A stretch of DNA of 64,000 nt, taken from positions 46,848-110,847 of the forward strand of contig JBGAQA010000012.1 in NCBI GenBank assembly GCA_044220955.1, given 5' to 3'. A program made the position numbers and the translations under genes. Positions 32,431 through 41,122 of this stretch are shown here, piece after piece. Each line of letters starts with the position of its first letter. The stretch's first letter is position 1. The DNA comes from Sandaracinaceae bacterium. Lineage in GTDB: Bacteria > Myxococcota_A > Polyangia > Polyangiales > Sandaracinaceae. The notes under the pieces were generated by a model. It saw only the letters and a program-made list of their open reading frames with translations, was not told the DNA's origin and ran no database searches.

Positions 32431-34272
32431 TCACGCCGCGGAGAACGCCTCGGTCGGGATGTCGATGGCGCTCTTGTCGCCGCTCTGGAGCATCTTCGCC
32501 TTCGCGACCACGTCGGGCAGGACGTTGTTCGCGAAGAAGATCGCCGCCTGCTTCTTGCCCTCGTAGAAGTTCCAGTCGCGCGTGCCCTTCTCGAGCTTGC
32601 CCTGCTTGTCGTGCGCGATGGCGGCGCCCTCGAGCAAGAGCCAGCCGACCGCGGTCTCGCTCATCATCTCGAGGAAGCGGTTCGCGTTCAGCGGGACCTT
32701 CTCCATCTCGCCGCCCTTGAACCAGCCGAGGAACTGGAACGCCGCGCCGCCGACCGCCTCCTGCGCCTTGCCGAGCTGCTTCACGGCGCCGCCGAGCACG
32801 GCGTGCTCGCCGTTGGCCGCGATGAACTTGCCGAGGTCGGCGAAGAACTCCTGCGCGTGCTTGCCGCCGCCCTGCCCGAGCTTGCGGCCGACGAGGTCGA
32901 GCGACTGGATGTGCGTCGTGCCCTCGTAGATCGTGAAGATCTTCGCGTCGCGCAGGTACTGCTCCACCGGATAGTCGCGCGTGAAGCCCGCGCCGCCGTG
33001 CACCTGCACCGCGAGCTCGCAGATCTTGAACGCCTGCTCCGACGAGTACGCCTTCACGAGCGGCGTCAGCAGCTCGACCTGGCCGTGGTGGTACGCGGCC
33101 TGCTCGTCGCTCTTGCCCGCGAGCGCCGTGACGCGGTCCTGGTGCATCGAGAGCTTCACGATGAGCGCGCGGATGCCCTCCACCTTCGCCTTCATCTCGA
33201 GGAGCATCCGCCGCACGTCCGGGTGCTCGATGATCGGCACACGCGGCGCGTTCGGATCCTTCCACTGCGCGATGCTCGATCCCTGCTTGCGGTCCTTGGC
33301 GTAGTCGAGCGCCGCCTGGTACGCGGCCCCGCCGATCGCCACGCCCTGGATGCCCACGCCGATGCGCGCGTAGTTCATCATCATGAACATCTGCTTCATG
33401 CCCTGGTGCGGCACGCCGCCGACGAGCTGGCCGACGCAGCCGTCGTCCTCGCCGAACGTCATCACGCACGTGGCCGAGCCGTTGATGCCGAGCTTGTGCT
33501 CGATGCTCGCGACCTTCACGTCGTTGAGCTGCCCGAGCTTGCCGGCGGCGTCGACGCGGATGCGCGGCACGATGAAGAGCGAGAGCCCCTTCGTGCCCGG
33601 CTCGGCGCCGTCGATCCGGGCCAGCACGAGGTGGACCATGTTCTCCGCCATGTCGTGGTCGCCGCCCGAGATGAAGATCTTGGTGCCCTTGATGGCGTAG
33701 TTCCCGTCGCCGAGATCCTTGGCCGTCGTCTTGGCCGCGCCCACGTCGCTGCCCGCGTGCGGCTCGGTGAGGCACATCGTGCCGCCCCACTTGCCCGCGA
33801 ACATCTGCGTGCAGAAGAGCTTGCGCTGCTCGGGCGTCGCGCAGTGCTCGAGCAGCTCCGCCGCGCCGAGCGCGAGGCCCGGGTACATCATGAACGCGCA
33901 GTTCGCGCCGCTGAACATCTCCTCGACGATCACCTGCAGCGTGCGCGGCGCGCCCTGCCCGCCGTACTCCTCGCTGCCCGAGAGCTGGCGCCAGCCGGCC
34001 TCGTAGAGCTTCTTCCACGCGCCCTTGAAGCCGGTCGGCGTGATCACGCGCCCGTCGACGATCTTGCAGCCCTCGCGGTCGCCGACCGCGTTGAGCGGCC
34101 CGAGCTCCTTCGTGGCGAACTCGTAGACCTGATCGAGGACCATGCGGACCTCGTCCTCGCCCCAGGCCGCGTAGGGCTCCTTGCCGAGGATGTCGCGCAT
34201 CCCGAACTGCTCGAAGAGCAAGAACGAGAGCTCGCGGAGATCGGTCTTGTAGCGATTCTGGGCCTGGGACAT
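32431..34272 (-). CDS. Acyl-CoA dehydrogenase (long, FadE5/DmdC-like)
   Basis: MCLTEPHAGSD, KGTKIFIS.G, EHKLGI.GS.T, QVHGGAGF..DYP and IYEGT motifs. Confidence 0.95.
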   Translation of the reverse strand: MSQAQNRYKTDLRELSFLLFEQFGMRDILGKEPYAAWGEDEVRMVLDQVYEFATKELGPLNAVGDREGCKIVDGRVITPTGFKGAWKKLYEAGWRQLSGSEEYGGQGAPRTLQVIVEEMFSGANCAFMMYPGLALGAAELLEHCATPEQRKLFCTQMFAGKWGGTMCLTEPHAGSDVGAAKTTAKDLGDGNYAIKGTKIFISGGDHDMAENMVHLVLARIDGAEPGTKGLSLFIVPRIRVDAAGKLGQLNDVKVASIEHKLGINGSATCVMTFGEDDGCVGQLVGGVPHQGMKQMFMMMNYARIGVGIQGVAIGGAAYQAALDYAKDRKQGSSIAQWKDPNAPRVPIIEHPDVRRMLLEMKAKVEGIRALIVKLSMHQDRVTALAGKSDEQAAYHHGQVELLTPLVKAYSSEQAFKICELAVQVHGGAGFTRDYPVEQYLRDAKIFTIYEGTTHIQSLDLVGRKLGQGGGKHAQEFFADLGKFIAANGEHAVLGGAVKQLGKAQEAVGGAAFQFLGWFKGGEMEKVPLNANRFLEMMSETAVGWLLLEGAAIAHDKQGKLEKGTRDWNFYEGKKQAAIFFANNVLPDVVAKAKMLQSGDKSAIDIPTEAFSAA

Positions 34273-34316
34273 CGGGGTACTACTCCGGTGCGGGAGGACG
34301 AGCGGGGCGCCGCGGG

Positions 34317-34364
34317 TGAATCGCGGTTCATTCGGAAATGTGCGTCGGCGACGCGTCGCGTCAA
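34317..34364 (-). promoter_or_regulatory. Candidate promoter (TTGACG...CACATT) and palindromic operator TGAA-N6-TTCA upstream of the acyl-CoA dehydrogenase
   Basis: -35 TTGACG at 34359-34364 (minus strand). Palindrome TGAATCGCGGTTCA at 34317-34330 in an AT-richer patch. Confidence 0.4.
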
Positions 34365-34368
34365 GCGC

Positions 34369-34785
34369 TCATCCGCGCGGCGGCATGCGGACCGGAATCA
34401 CGGCGCGTCCGTTCCGCCTATACACGCGGAAATCCCCGTCCAGGGTGAGGATCGGCGCGGCCGGACGCTGCTCGCTCATCCGGACCAAGCACGCGTCCGC
34501 GAGGTCCATCCGGGGCGCGTAGCGCCGCATCAGCGCACGCACGGAGTCGACCTCGGCGGCGAGATCGAAGGAGACGGCGAGCACGCCGCGGGCGACGAGG
34601 TCGAGCACCGGGTCGGCGTCCACGCGGGCGCTCCGGAGCAGGTAGACCGCCTCGGCCAGCACGGCCTCGCACGTGTGCACGGGAGGCCGGACCTCGGCGA
34701 ATCGCGCGCGCGTCCATTCGTGCGCTCGCTCGCTTCGATCGACCAGCGCGACGAGCGGTCCCGTGTCGACGATGAGCGTCGTCAC
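34369..34785 (-). CDS. vapC: PIN domain toxin (VapC-like)
   Basis: IVDTG, EAVLAEA, DLADA and TLDGDF acidic PIN motifs. 4-bp overlap with the upstream antitoxin gene. Confidence 0.88.
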   Translation of the reverse strand: MTTLIVDTGPLVALVDRSERAHEWTRARFAEVRPPVHTCEAVLAEAVYLLRSARVDADPVLDLVARGVLAVSFDLAAEVDSVRALMRRYAPRMDLADACLVRMSEQRPAAPILTLDGDFRVYRRNGRAVIPVRMPPRG

Positions 34786-35048
34786 GGGGTGGTGCGACGA
34801 GCCGCTCGCGGCTTCTTCGCGCCGAAGCCTCGGAGGTGCCGCTTGTCGGAGCCGAGATCGCGCCGGCCGCTCTTGACGCTCCCGACGGCATCGCCCGCGG
34901 CGTCGAGCGCGGACCCGCCCGCCGTGTCGCCGCGGAGCCGAGCGATCGCGTCACGGACGATGGCCGACTTCGAGCGCGAGGTCTTGCGCGCCTCTTCTTC
35001 GAGCCACCGCGTCGTCTCGGCCGGCACCTTCAACGTCAGCGTCGACAT
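34782..35048 (-). CDS. Ribbon-helix-helix (CopG-like) antitoxin
   Basis: MSTLTLKVP...LEEEA....SKSAIVRDAI, directly upstream of the PIN gene. Confidence 0.85.
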   Translation of the reverse strand: MSTLTLKVPAETTRWLEEEARKTSRSKSAIVRDAIARLRGDTAGGSALDAAGDAVGSVKSGRRDLGSDKRHLRGFGAKKPRAARRTTP

Positions 35049-35092
35049 CGGGGGACGGTAACACCCGTCTGACAGACGAGCAATACCGCCGC

Positions 35093-36592
35093 TCAGGCGA
35101 GCGTGAACGTCTGGTCGTGGAGGCTCGTCCCGTCGTCCTTGATCCACTGCACGCGGATCGTCCCCGCGGCGGGGTCGAGGTCGAGGACCGCGTAGTTGTT
35201 CGAGGTGGACCCGAAGTCGAACTGCGGACCGGTGAGCGTCGCGGCGAGCGCGTTGCCCGTCTGTGCTCCGGGCCCGACGAGGATCTCCGTCTGCCCGCTG
35301 CCCATGCCGCTGCGCGCCACGCGCTGCGCGCTCGCGAGGTGGAAGTCGCCCGAGACCCAGAGCAGCCCCGTGATCCCCGAGTCGTCGACGTGCTGGAGGA
35401 TCTCGGCGCGCTGCGCGTCGTAGCCCTCCCAGCGGTCGACCTGCTGGACGTCGAACGCGAGCGGGAAGTCCGTGATGGGCACCGAGTTCATGACGAGCTT
35501 GAACGTCGCCGTGCTCGCGACGAGCGCGGCCTTGAGCCAGTCCATCTGCGCGCGGCTGATGTACTGGGCGCCGGGCGTGCTGCGCGTGGAGGGCAGGCGC
35601 TCGAGGCGGCAGTCGAGCACGAAGATCTCGGCCGTCCGGCCCCAGCGCATGCTCTTCCAGATGCGCTCGGGGAACTCGGCGTCGCGGCGTACCGGTTGGT
35701 TGTCGAAGAAGCTCTGCACCGCGGCCGCGCGGCGCGCCGCGTCGTAGCGCTCGGGATCGAGATCGTTCTCGTGCTCGTGATCGTCCCAGGTCGCGAGCAC
35801 GCCGGTCGACGCACGCAGCGCCCGCATCTCCGGGCGATCGGTGTTCATCCGATACTTCGCGCGGTACTCCGCGAGCGTGATCGCCTCCGTCATGCCGTCG
35901 GCGGTGTCGTCGGTGTAGACGAAGTCACCGAGGAACAGGAACAGGTCGAGGTCGCCGCGCGCACCCGCGTGGCCGATGGTGTCGATGGGACGGCGCTGGC
36001 TGATGCAGGACACGGCCCCGATGCGCAGCGGCTCCATCGCGTCGTCGGCGACCGCCGCACGCACCGAGCCGATCGTGCTGCGCGACATCCGTGCGCCCGA
36101 AGCGTCGAGCTCGAAGAACGCGTAGCGATAGCGCTGGCCGGCCGCGAGCGTGCCGACGTCTTCCCGGACGTAGCCGCCGTCGCCGGGCACGACGGGCCCC
36201 AGGTGCACGACCGGCCCGTAGGCCGCCCCGTCCATCTGCCACACGACGAGCTGGAGCGGGGCGCTGCCCGTATGGAGCGTCCAGAAGAGCGCGCTCGTGG
36301 TCGTCGCGTCGCCGCACGCGACCGCGGACGGAAAGGATGCGAGCGACTCGGCCGTCGCCTCGGGCGGCTCGACGACCACCGCGGCGTCCGGCGGCATCGG
36401 GGCGTCGGCGCCCGTCGTCGCGTCACCCGCGTGCCCCGCGTCGTCGCCGGCCGCGGAGGCGCCCGTCCCGCAGCCGAGCGCAGCGGTCGCGAGCACACCC
36501 GCCGTCCCGACGAGCAGGCCCCTGCGAGAGAGGAGGTGGCCCTCGCCCTCGCCCTCGCCATCGCCCTCGCCCTCGCCCTCGCTCTCGGTCAC
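35093..36592 (-). CDS. phoD: PhoD-family alkaline phosphatase, Tat-exported lipoprotein
   Basis: Tat motif SRRGLL, lipobox ALGC, FPSAVACGD, FLGDFVY.D, TWDDHE, LDCR, DRWEGY and SGDFH motifs. Confidence 0.92.
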   Translation of the reverse strand: MTESEGEGEGDGEGEGEGHLLSRRGLLVGTAGVLATAALGCGTGASAAGDDAGHAGDATTGADAPMPPDAAVVVEPPEATAESLASFPSAVACGDATTTSALFWTLHTGSAPLQLVVWQMDGAAYGPVVHLGPVVPGDGGYVREDVGTLAAGQRYRYAFFELDASGARMSRSTIGSVRAAVADDAMEPLRIGAVSCISQRRPIDTIGHAGARGDLDLFLFLGDFVYTDDTADGMTEAITLAEYRAKYRMNTDRPEMRALRASTGVLATWDDHEHENDLDPERYDAARRAAAVQSFFDNQPVRRDAEFPERIWKSMRWGRTAEIFVLDCRLERLPSTRSTPGAQYISRAQMDWLKAALVASTATFKLVMNSVPITDFPLAFDVQQVDRWEGYDAQRAEILQHVDDSGITGLLWVSGDFHLASAQRVARSGMGSGQTEILVGPGAQTGNALAATLTGPQFDFGSTSNNYAVLDLDPAAGTIRVQWIKDDGTSLHDQTFTLA

Positions 36593-36598
36593 GTGCCG

Positions 36599-36608
36599 AT
36601 CTTACCAT
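36599..36608. promoter_or_regulatory. Overlapping back-to-back -10 boxes for divergent, probably leaderless genes
   Basis: TAAGAT (minus, 36599-36604) and TACCAT (plus, 36603-36608), each 6 nt from a GTG start. Confidence 0.6.
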
Positions 36609-36614
36609 CGCCGC

Positions 36615-37766
36615 GTGATCGCCTACCTCACCGACGTCGAGGGCCGCTGGGACAAGCTCGAGACGTTCGCGTCGGGCAATCCGCTGGTATCGCTCGAGGG
36701 CGAGACGCTGCGCCTCGCCGACGGCGTGACGTTCGTGTTCGGCGGCGACGCGATCGATCGCGGGCCGCACGGGCGACGCGTCGTCCGGACGCTGCTCGCC
36801 GCGCGTCGCGCGTATGGCGAGCGCGTGGTGCTCCTCGCCGGAAACCGCGACATCAACAAGCTGCGCCTCGCGCGCGAGCTCGAGCGCGGGCCCGGCGCGG
36901 CGGAGCGCCTGCGCTGGATCCTCGAGAAGACGATGGGCGCGAAGGAGGCGTTCGCGCACCGGCAGACGGAGCTGGCAGCCGAGGGACGGCCCGCGGGCGA
37001 CGACGACGTGGTCGAGAGCTTCCTCGCGGACGTGGCGGAGGGCGGCGAGCTGCGCCGCTACCTCGCGGCGTGCACGCTCGGCTACCGCGCGGGCGCGACG
37101 CTCTTCGTCCACGGCGCCGTCACCCCCGAGAGCTTCGGCGTCGTGCCGGGACGCGACGCGCGCGCCATGGACGTCGATGGCTGGGTGCGCGAGCTCGGCG
37201 CGTTCTACGCGGAGCAGATCGACGGGTTCGTCCGCGGACGCGAGCCCGTTGCGCTCGTCGCGTACCAGGCGCCCATCCCCGGGACCCGCGCGCACCCGGC
37301 CAGCGTGGTCTACGGCCGGTTGGCCGACGACCACGCGAACCCACTGCTGCCCGACGCAGCGCTGATCTCGAGGCTGCGCGAGAGCGGCGTCTCGCGCCTC
37401 GTCGTGGGCCATACGCCGAGCGGCGACTGTCCCGCGATCGTGAGGGACGGCGACTTCGAGGTCGTCCTGGCCGACAACGCGTACGGCCGCGTCGAGCATG
37501 GCTCGCAGATCGCGATCACCGACGCCGAGACGTCCGTCGTCGGGACGACGAGGCTCGACGACGGACGCGAGGCCCTGGTGCGCTTCACGAGCGTGCGCGG
37601 CGAGCGCGAGTCGCCGCTCGGCCGGCGCGTGGCCGCGACGGGTCATCTGGTGAAGTCGCGCCTCGCGAGCGGCGAGTGGCTGCTCTTCCGGGGCCGGCCC
37701 GGGTACGTGGTGGAGCAGCTCGCGGCGGGCGAGGTCGGCGAGGTCGTACCGGCGCGCGACGCGTGA
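36615..37766 (+). CDS. Calcineurin-like metallophosphoesterase with variant motifs
   Basis: YLTDVEG, GGDAIDRG, AGNRDINK, FVHGA and VGHTP motifs. Confidence 0.8.
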   Translation: MIAYLTDVEGRWDKLETFASGNPLVSLEGETLRLADGVTFVFGGDAIDRGPHGRRVVRTLLAARRAYGERVVLLAGNRDINKLRLARELERGPGAAERLRWILEKTMGAKEAFAHRQTELAAEGRPAGDDDVVESFLADVAEGGELRRYLAACTLGYRAGATLFVHGAVTPESFGVVPGRDARAMDVDGWVRELGAFYAEQIDGFVRGREPVALVAYQAPIPGTRAHPASVVYGRLADDHANPLLPDAALISRLRESGVSRLVVGHTPSGDCPAIVRDGDFEVVLADNAYGRVEHGSQIAITDAETSVVGTTRLDDGREALVRFTSVRGERESPLGRRVAATGHLVKSRLASGEWLLFRGRPGYVVEQLAAGEVGEVVPARDA

Positions 37767-37769
37767 CGT

Positions 37770-39340
37770 CTACGGCGCGAGCGCGTCGGCGAGCGCCTGG
37801 GCCGTCGGGCGCGCCGCCGGCGGCTCGGAGAGGCAGGCCGCCAGGAGGGCACGGAGGCGCGCGTCGAGCCCTGCGACGTCGAGCGGCGCCGGGGCCGGCA
37901 GCGACTGGCCGACGAGCGCGAGAAGCACTGGCGGCGTCGCGAAGGGGAGCTTGCCCGTGAGCAGCTCGTGCGCGACGAGGCCGAACGCGAACACGTCCAC
38001 CGCCGGTCCGACCTCGCGGCCGCCGCGCGCCGCCTCGGGCGCCATGTAGAGAGGCGTCCCGATCCACGCGCCCGTGCCCGTGAGCGCGCTCCCTCGTGCC
38101 GGGGCTGCCGTCGGCGCATCGGGGTCCACCGCGCCCATCGGGATGGCGCCCATCCGCGCGATGCCGAAGTCCGAGAGCTTCGCCGTCCCCGCGCCGTCGA
38201 GCAGGACGTTCGCCGGCTTGAGGTCGCGGTGCACGACGCCGCGCGCGTGCGCGCGACGAGGCCCGCCGCCATCTGCCGCAGGACCGAGAGCGCCCAGGGC
38301 ACCTCGCCGAAGCGCGCCCGCTGGCCCTCGAGCGAGCCTCCGGTCGCGAGCTCCATCACGAGGAAGGGCGCGCCGCCCACCGCGGCGCCGATGTCGACGA
38401 TCGCGACGAGGTTCGGATGGTGCACGCGGGCGCCGATCTCCGCCTCGCGCGCGAAGCGCGCCGCCTGATCGCGCGTGACCTCGCCCGTCATCACCTTGAG
38501 CGCGAGCAGCGCGCCGTCGGTCACGCGCTCGACCTCGACCACCGCGCCCATGCCGCCCTCGCCGAGCGGGCGCACGACCTTGTAGCGAGCGCCGAAGCGC
38601 GTCGAGCCCGTCGCCGAGGGCGACGCGGGACCGCCGCCCGGCCTCGCGAGCGCCGAGCCCAGCTCGCGCGAGCGCTCGGCCACCTGGTGCGCGACCTCGC
38701 GCTTGAGGACCGACTCCGTCCTCTTCCGCTCCTCGACCAGCTCGTCCTCGACGCGCTCGATCTCCGCGGCTGCGCTGTTGCTGAAGAACACGAGCACGGC
38801 GATCCCGAGGACCACGTTGCCGACCGCGATCGAGTACGGGTCGAACCCGGGCAGCTGCGGCGGATCCGGCGCACGCTCGAGGACGATCCGCATCGCGGCG
38901 GCCGCGACGATGGAGAGGACGGCGAAGAAGACCGAGAGCCTCCGCAGCCGGCGCGGAAACAGGAAGAACGCGACCACCGCCGTGCTGAACAGGATCCCGA
39001 TGTGCTCGGTCGCGAGCGGCTCGCAGATCCCGATGTAGAAGAACACCACGATCATCGAGGTCTGCAGGAAGATCGACGCGAGGGTGTGCCGCCGCAGGCC
39101 GTTGAGCCCGATCGACAGGGCGCCGCAGAGCGCACCGAGGGCCAGCGCTGCTCGGACGTCGTAGCGCAGCGCGCTGGCCGCCGACCACGCGAGCGCCCAG
39201 AGCTGCACCATCGCGCCGAAGGCCGCGTACGCGTTCGTCAGCACGACGTGCTTCGTCTCGCGCCGCGGCAGCGCCGGATCGACACCGACGTGCGTCAGGC
39301 GATGCAAGAAGCCGCGGACGCCGGCGGGCGGGGACGACAC
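37770..39340 (-). pseudogene. Receptor-like multi-TM Ser/Thr kinase, paralog of 30818..32407, with a 1-nt frameshift near 38251 (true lesion or sequencing error)
   Basis: One frame gives the TM region, VAERSREL and kinase N-lobe up to MAAGLVA. Another frame resumes [17 protein letters not shown] and YMAPE. The junction reads gcg cg cac where gcg cTg cac is expected. Confidence 0.85.
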
Positions 39341-39359
39341 GGCTCGCGAGTCTACGCGC

Positions 39360-40382
39360 CTACTCGAGCACGGGGTGGAGCAACACCGTGAGCACCCACG
39401 CGATGCCACCGGCGATCGGGAGCGTGAGCACCCACGCGGTCGCGATGTTCGCGGCGACCCCCCAGCGCACCGCGCTCACGCGATTGCTCGCGCCGACGCC
39501 CATGATCGCGGCGCTGATGCAGTGCGTGGTCGAGACCGGCACGCCGAGACGGCTCGCGGCGAGGATCGTGAGCGTCCCGGCGGTCTCGGCGGCGAAGCCC
39601 TGGAGCGGACTGATGCGGATGATCTTGGCGCCCATCGTCTTGATGATGCGCTCGCCGCCGGCGATCGTTCCGAGCGCGATCGCCGCCGCGCACGCGCTGA
39701 TGACCCAGGTGGGGATCTCGGTGCCGTGCGGGAGCATCCCCTGCGGGATGCCCGTGCCGCCGGCGGCGACGAACGAGATCAAGGCCAGCGTGATGATGCC
39801 CATCGACTTCTGCGCGTCGTTGCTGCCGTGCGAGAAGGCCATCATGCACGCGCTCAGGAGCTGGAGGCGCCGCGAGCCGCGGTGAACGCTCGCCGGCTTC
39901 ATGCGGCGCACGGCCCACGTGAGCCCGACCATCACGAAGAACGCCGTGACGAAGCCGAGGGTCGGCGAGACGACGAGCGGCACGAGCACACGCATGCCGA
40001 GCGTGGTCCAGTGGAACGCGCCCTGGCCTGCGTGGGCGACGACCGCACCGCAGAGCCCGCCGATGAGCGCGTGCGAGCTCGACGAGGGGATGCCGAACCA
40101 CCACGTGATGATGTTCCAGGTGCACGCGCCCAGGAGCGCGCAGAGCACCACGGTCTGCGTGACGTCCCCCGCGTCGGCGAAGCCGGTCGCGATGGTGGTG
40201 GCGACGGCCGTTCCGGTGACCGCGCCGATGAAGTTGAACGCGCCCGCCACCAAGACCGCCGTGCGCAGCGGCAGGACCCCGGTCGAGACGACGGTGGCGA
40301 TCGCGTTCGCGGCGTCGTGGAAGCCGTTGATGTAGTCGAAGACGATCGCCGTCACGACGACGAGGACGAGGAGGCTCGCCAT
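39360..40382 (-). CDS. pit: Inorganic phosphate transporter (PiT family)
   Basis: NGFHDAANAIAT, GIPSSSSHAL.GG, HGSNDAQK and PVSTTH motifs. Confidence 0.95.
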   Translation of the reverse strand: MASLLVLVVVTAIVFDYINGFHDAANAIATVVSTGVLPLRTAVLVAGAFNFIGAVTGTAVATTIATGFADAGDVTQTVVLCALLGACTWNIITWWFGIPSSSSHALIGGLCGAVVAHAGQGAFHWTTLGMRVLVPLVVSPTLGFVTAFFVMVGLTWAVRRMKPASVHRGSRRLQLLSACMMAFSHGSNDAQKSMGIITLALISFVAAGGTGIPQGMLPHGTEIPTWVISACAAAIALGTIAGGERIIKTMGAKIIRISPLQGFAAETAGTLTILAASRLGVPVSTTHCISAAIMGVGASNRVSAVRWGVAANIATAWVLTLPIAGGIAWVLTVLLHPVLE

Positions 40383-40385
40383 CGC

Positions 40386-41024
40386 TCAGCCGTGCTTCAC
40401 CGAGAGGTTCGCGAGCGTGTGGGCCACGCGCTCGCAGCGGTCGATCGCGTGCTCGAGGTTCTCGAGCACCTCCTTCTCGCGGAGCAGCTCCTTCGCGTCG
40501 ACCTTCGCGTCGTTGAAGAGGCGCGAGAGCGCGCTTCGGAAGATCCCGTCGGCGTCCTTCTCGAGGGCGCGGACGGTGCGGCTGGTCCGCATGAGGCCCG
40601 CGTAGTCGTGCTTCGAGAGCAGCGGCAGCGCGGTCTCGAGCTCGGCCGTGCAGCGCACCAGGAGATCGATCAGCTGCGTCATCGGCGTCGTCGGCTCGCT
40701 CACGCCGAACAGAGCGCACGCGCGCGCGGCGCTGTTCGTGAGGTCGAGCACGTCGTCGAGCTCCGCGGAGAGCTGCTGCAGATCCTCGCGGTCGATCGGC
40801 GTGACGAACGTCTTCTGCAGCGCCTCCTCGAGCTCGTGGACGACCTTGTCGCCCTCGTGCTCGAGGATCTGCACGGCGGACTGCACGTCCTCGATCGGCT
40901 TGCCGGGCTTGAACTCCGAGAGCGCCCTCGCGCCCTTGTGTGCGGTGACCGCCTGCCGCTCGAGGAAGCGGAAGAAGTGGTCTTCTTTCGGCAACAACCA
41001 GCGAACCACGTCCTGCAGCGCCAT
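40386..41024 (-). CDS. DUF47 (PhoU-like) Pit accessory protein
   Basis: PKED.FF, LEHEGD, TFVTPIDREDL and LEKDAD motifs. GGAGG RBS. Directly upstream of pit. Confidence 0.92.
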   Translation of the reverse strand: MALQDVVRWLLPKEDHFFRFLERQAVTAHKGARALSEFKPGKPIEDVQSAVQILEHEGDKVVHELEEALQKTFVTPIDREDLQQLSAELDDVLDLTNSAARACALFGVSEPTTPMTQLIDLLVRCTAELETALPLLSKHDYAGLMRTSRTVRALEKDADGIFRSALSRLFNDAKVDAKELLREKEVLENLEHAIDRCERVAHTLANLSVKHG

Positions 41025-41122
41025 GCGATCGCCTCCGACCCGGCCGCGACGTAATGCGGCAGGAAGGGCCACGTCAAGCGCCGGCGTGAGTTCGGTGAGA
41101 GGCGCCGCGCCCGGCGTCGGCG

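Noticed and set aside
37643..39409. Two separate kinase genes (track ORFs 37643..39409 and 37770..39188)
   Set aside because: They are two halves of one gene split by a single-base frameshift.
41072..41100. Possible PHO box upstream of DUF47-pit (GTGAG-TTCG-GTGAG beside a TTGACG)
   Set aside because: The repeat period is 9 nt rather than the 11 nt expected for PhoB boxes, and the match is weak.
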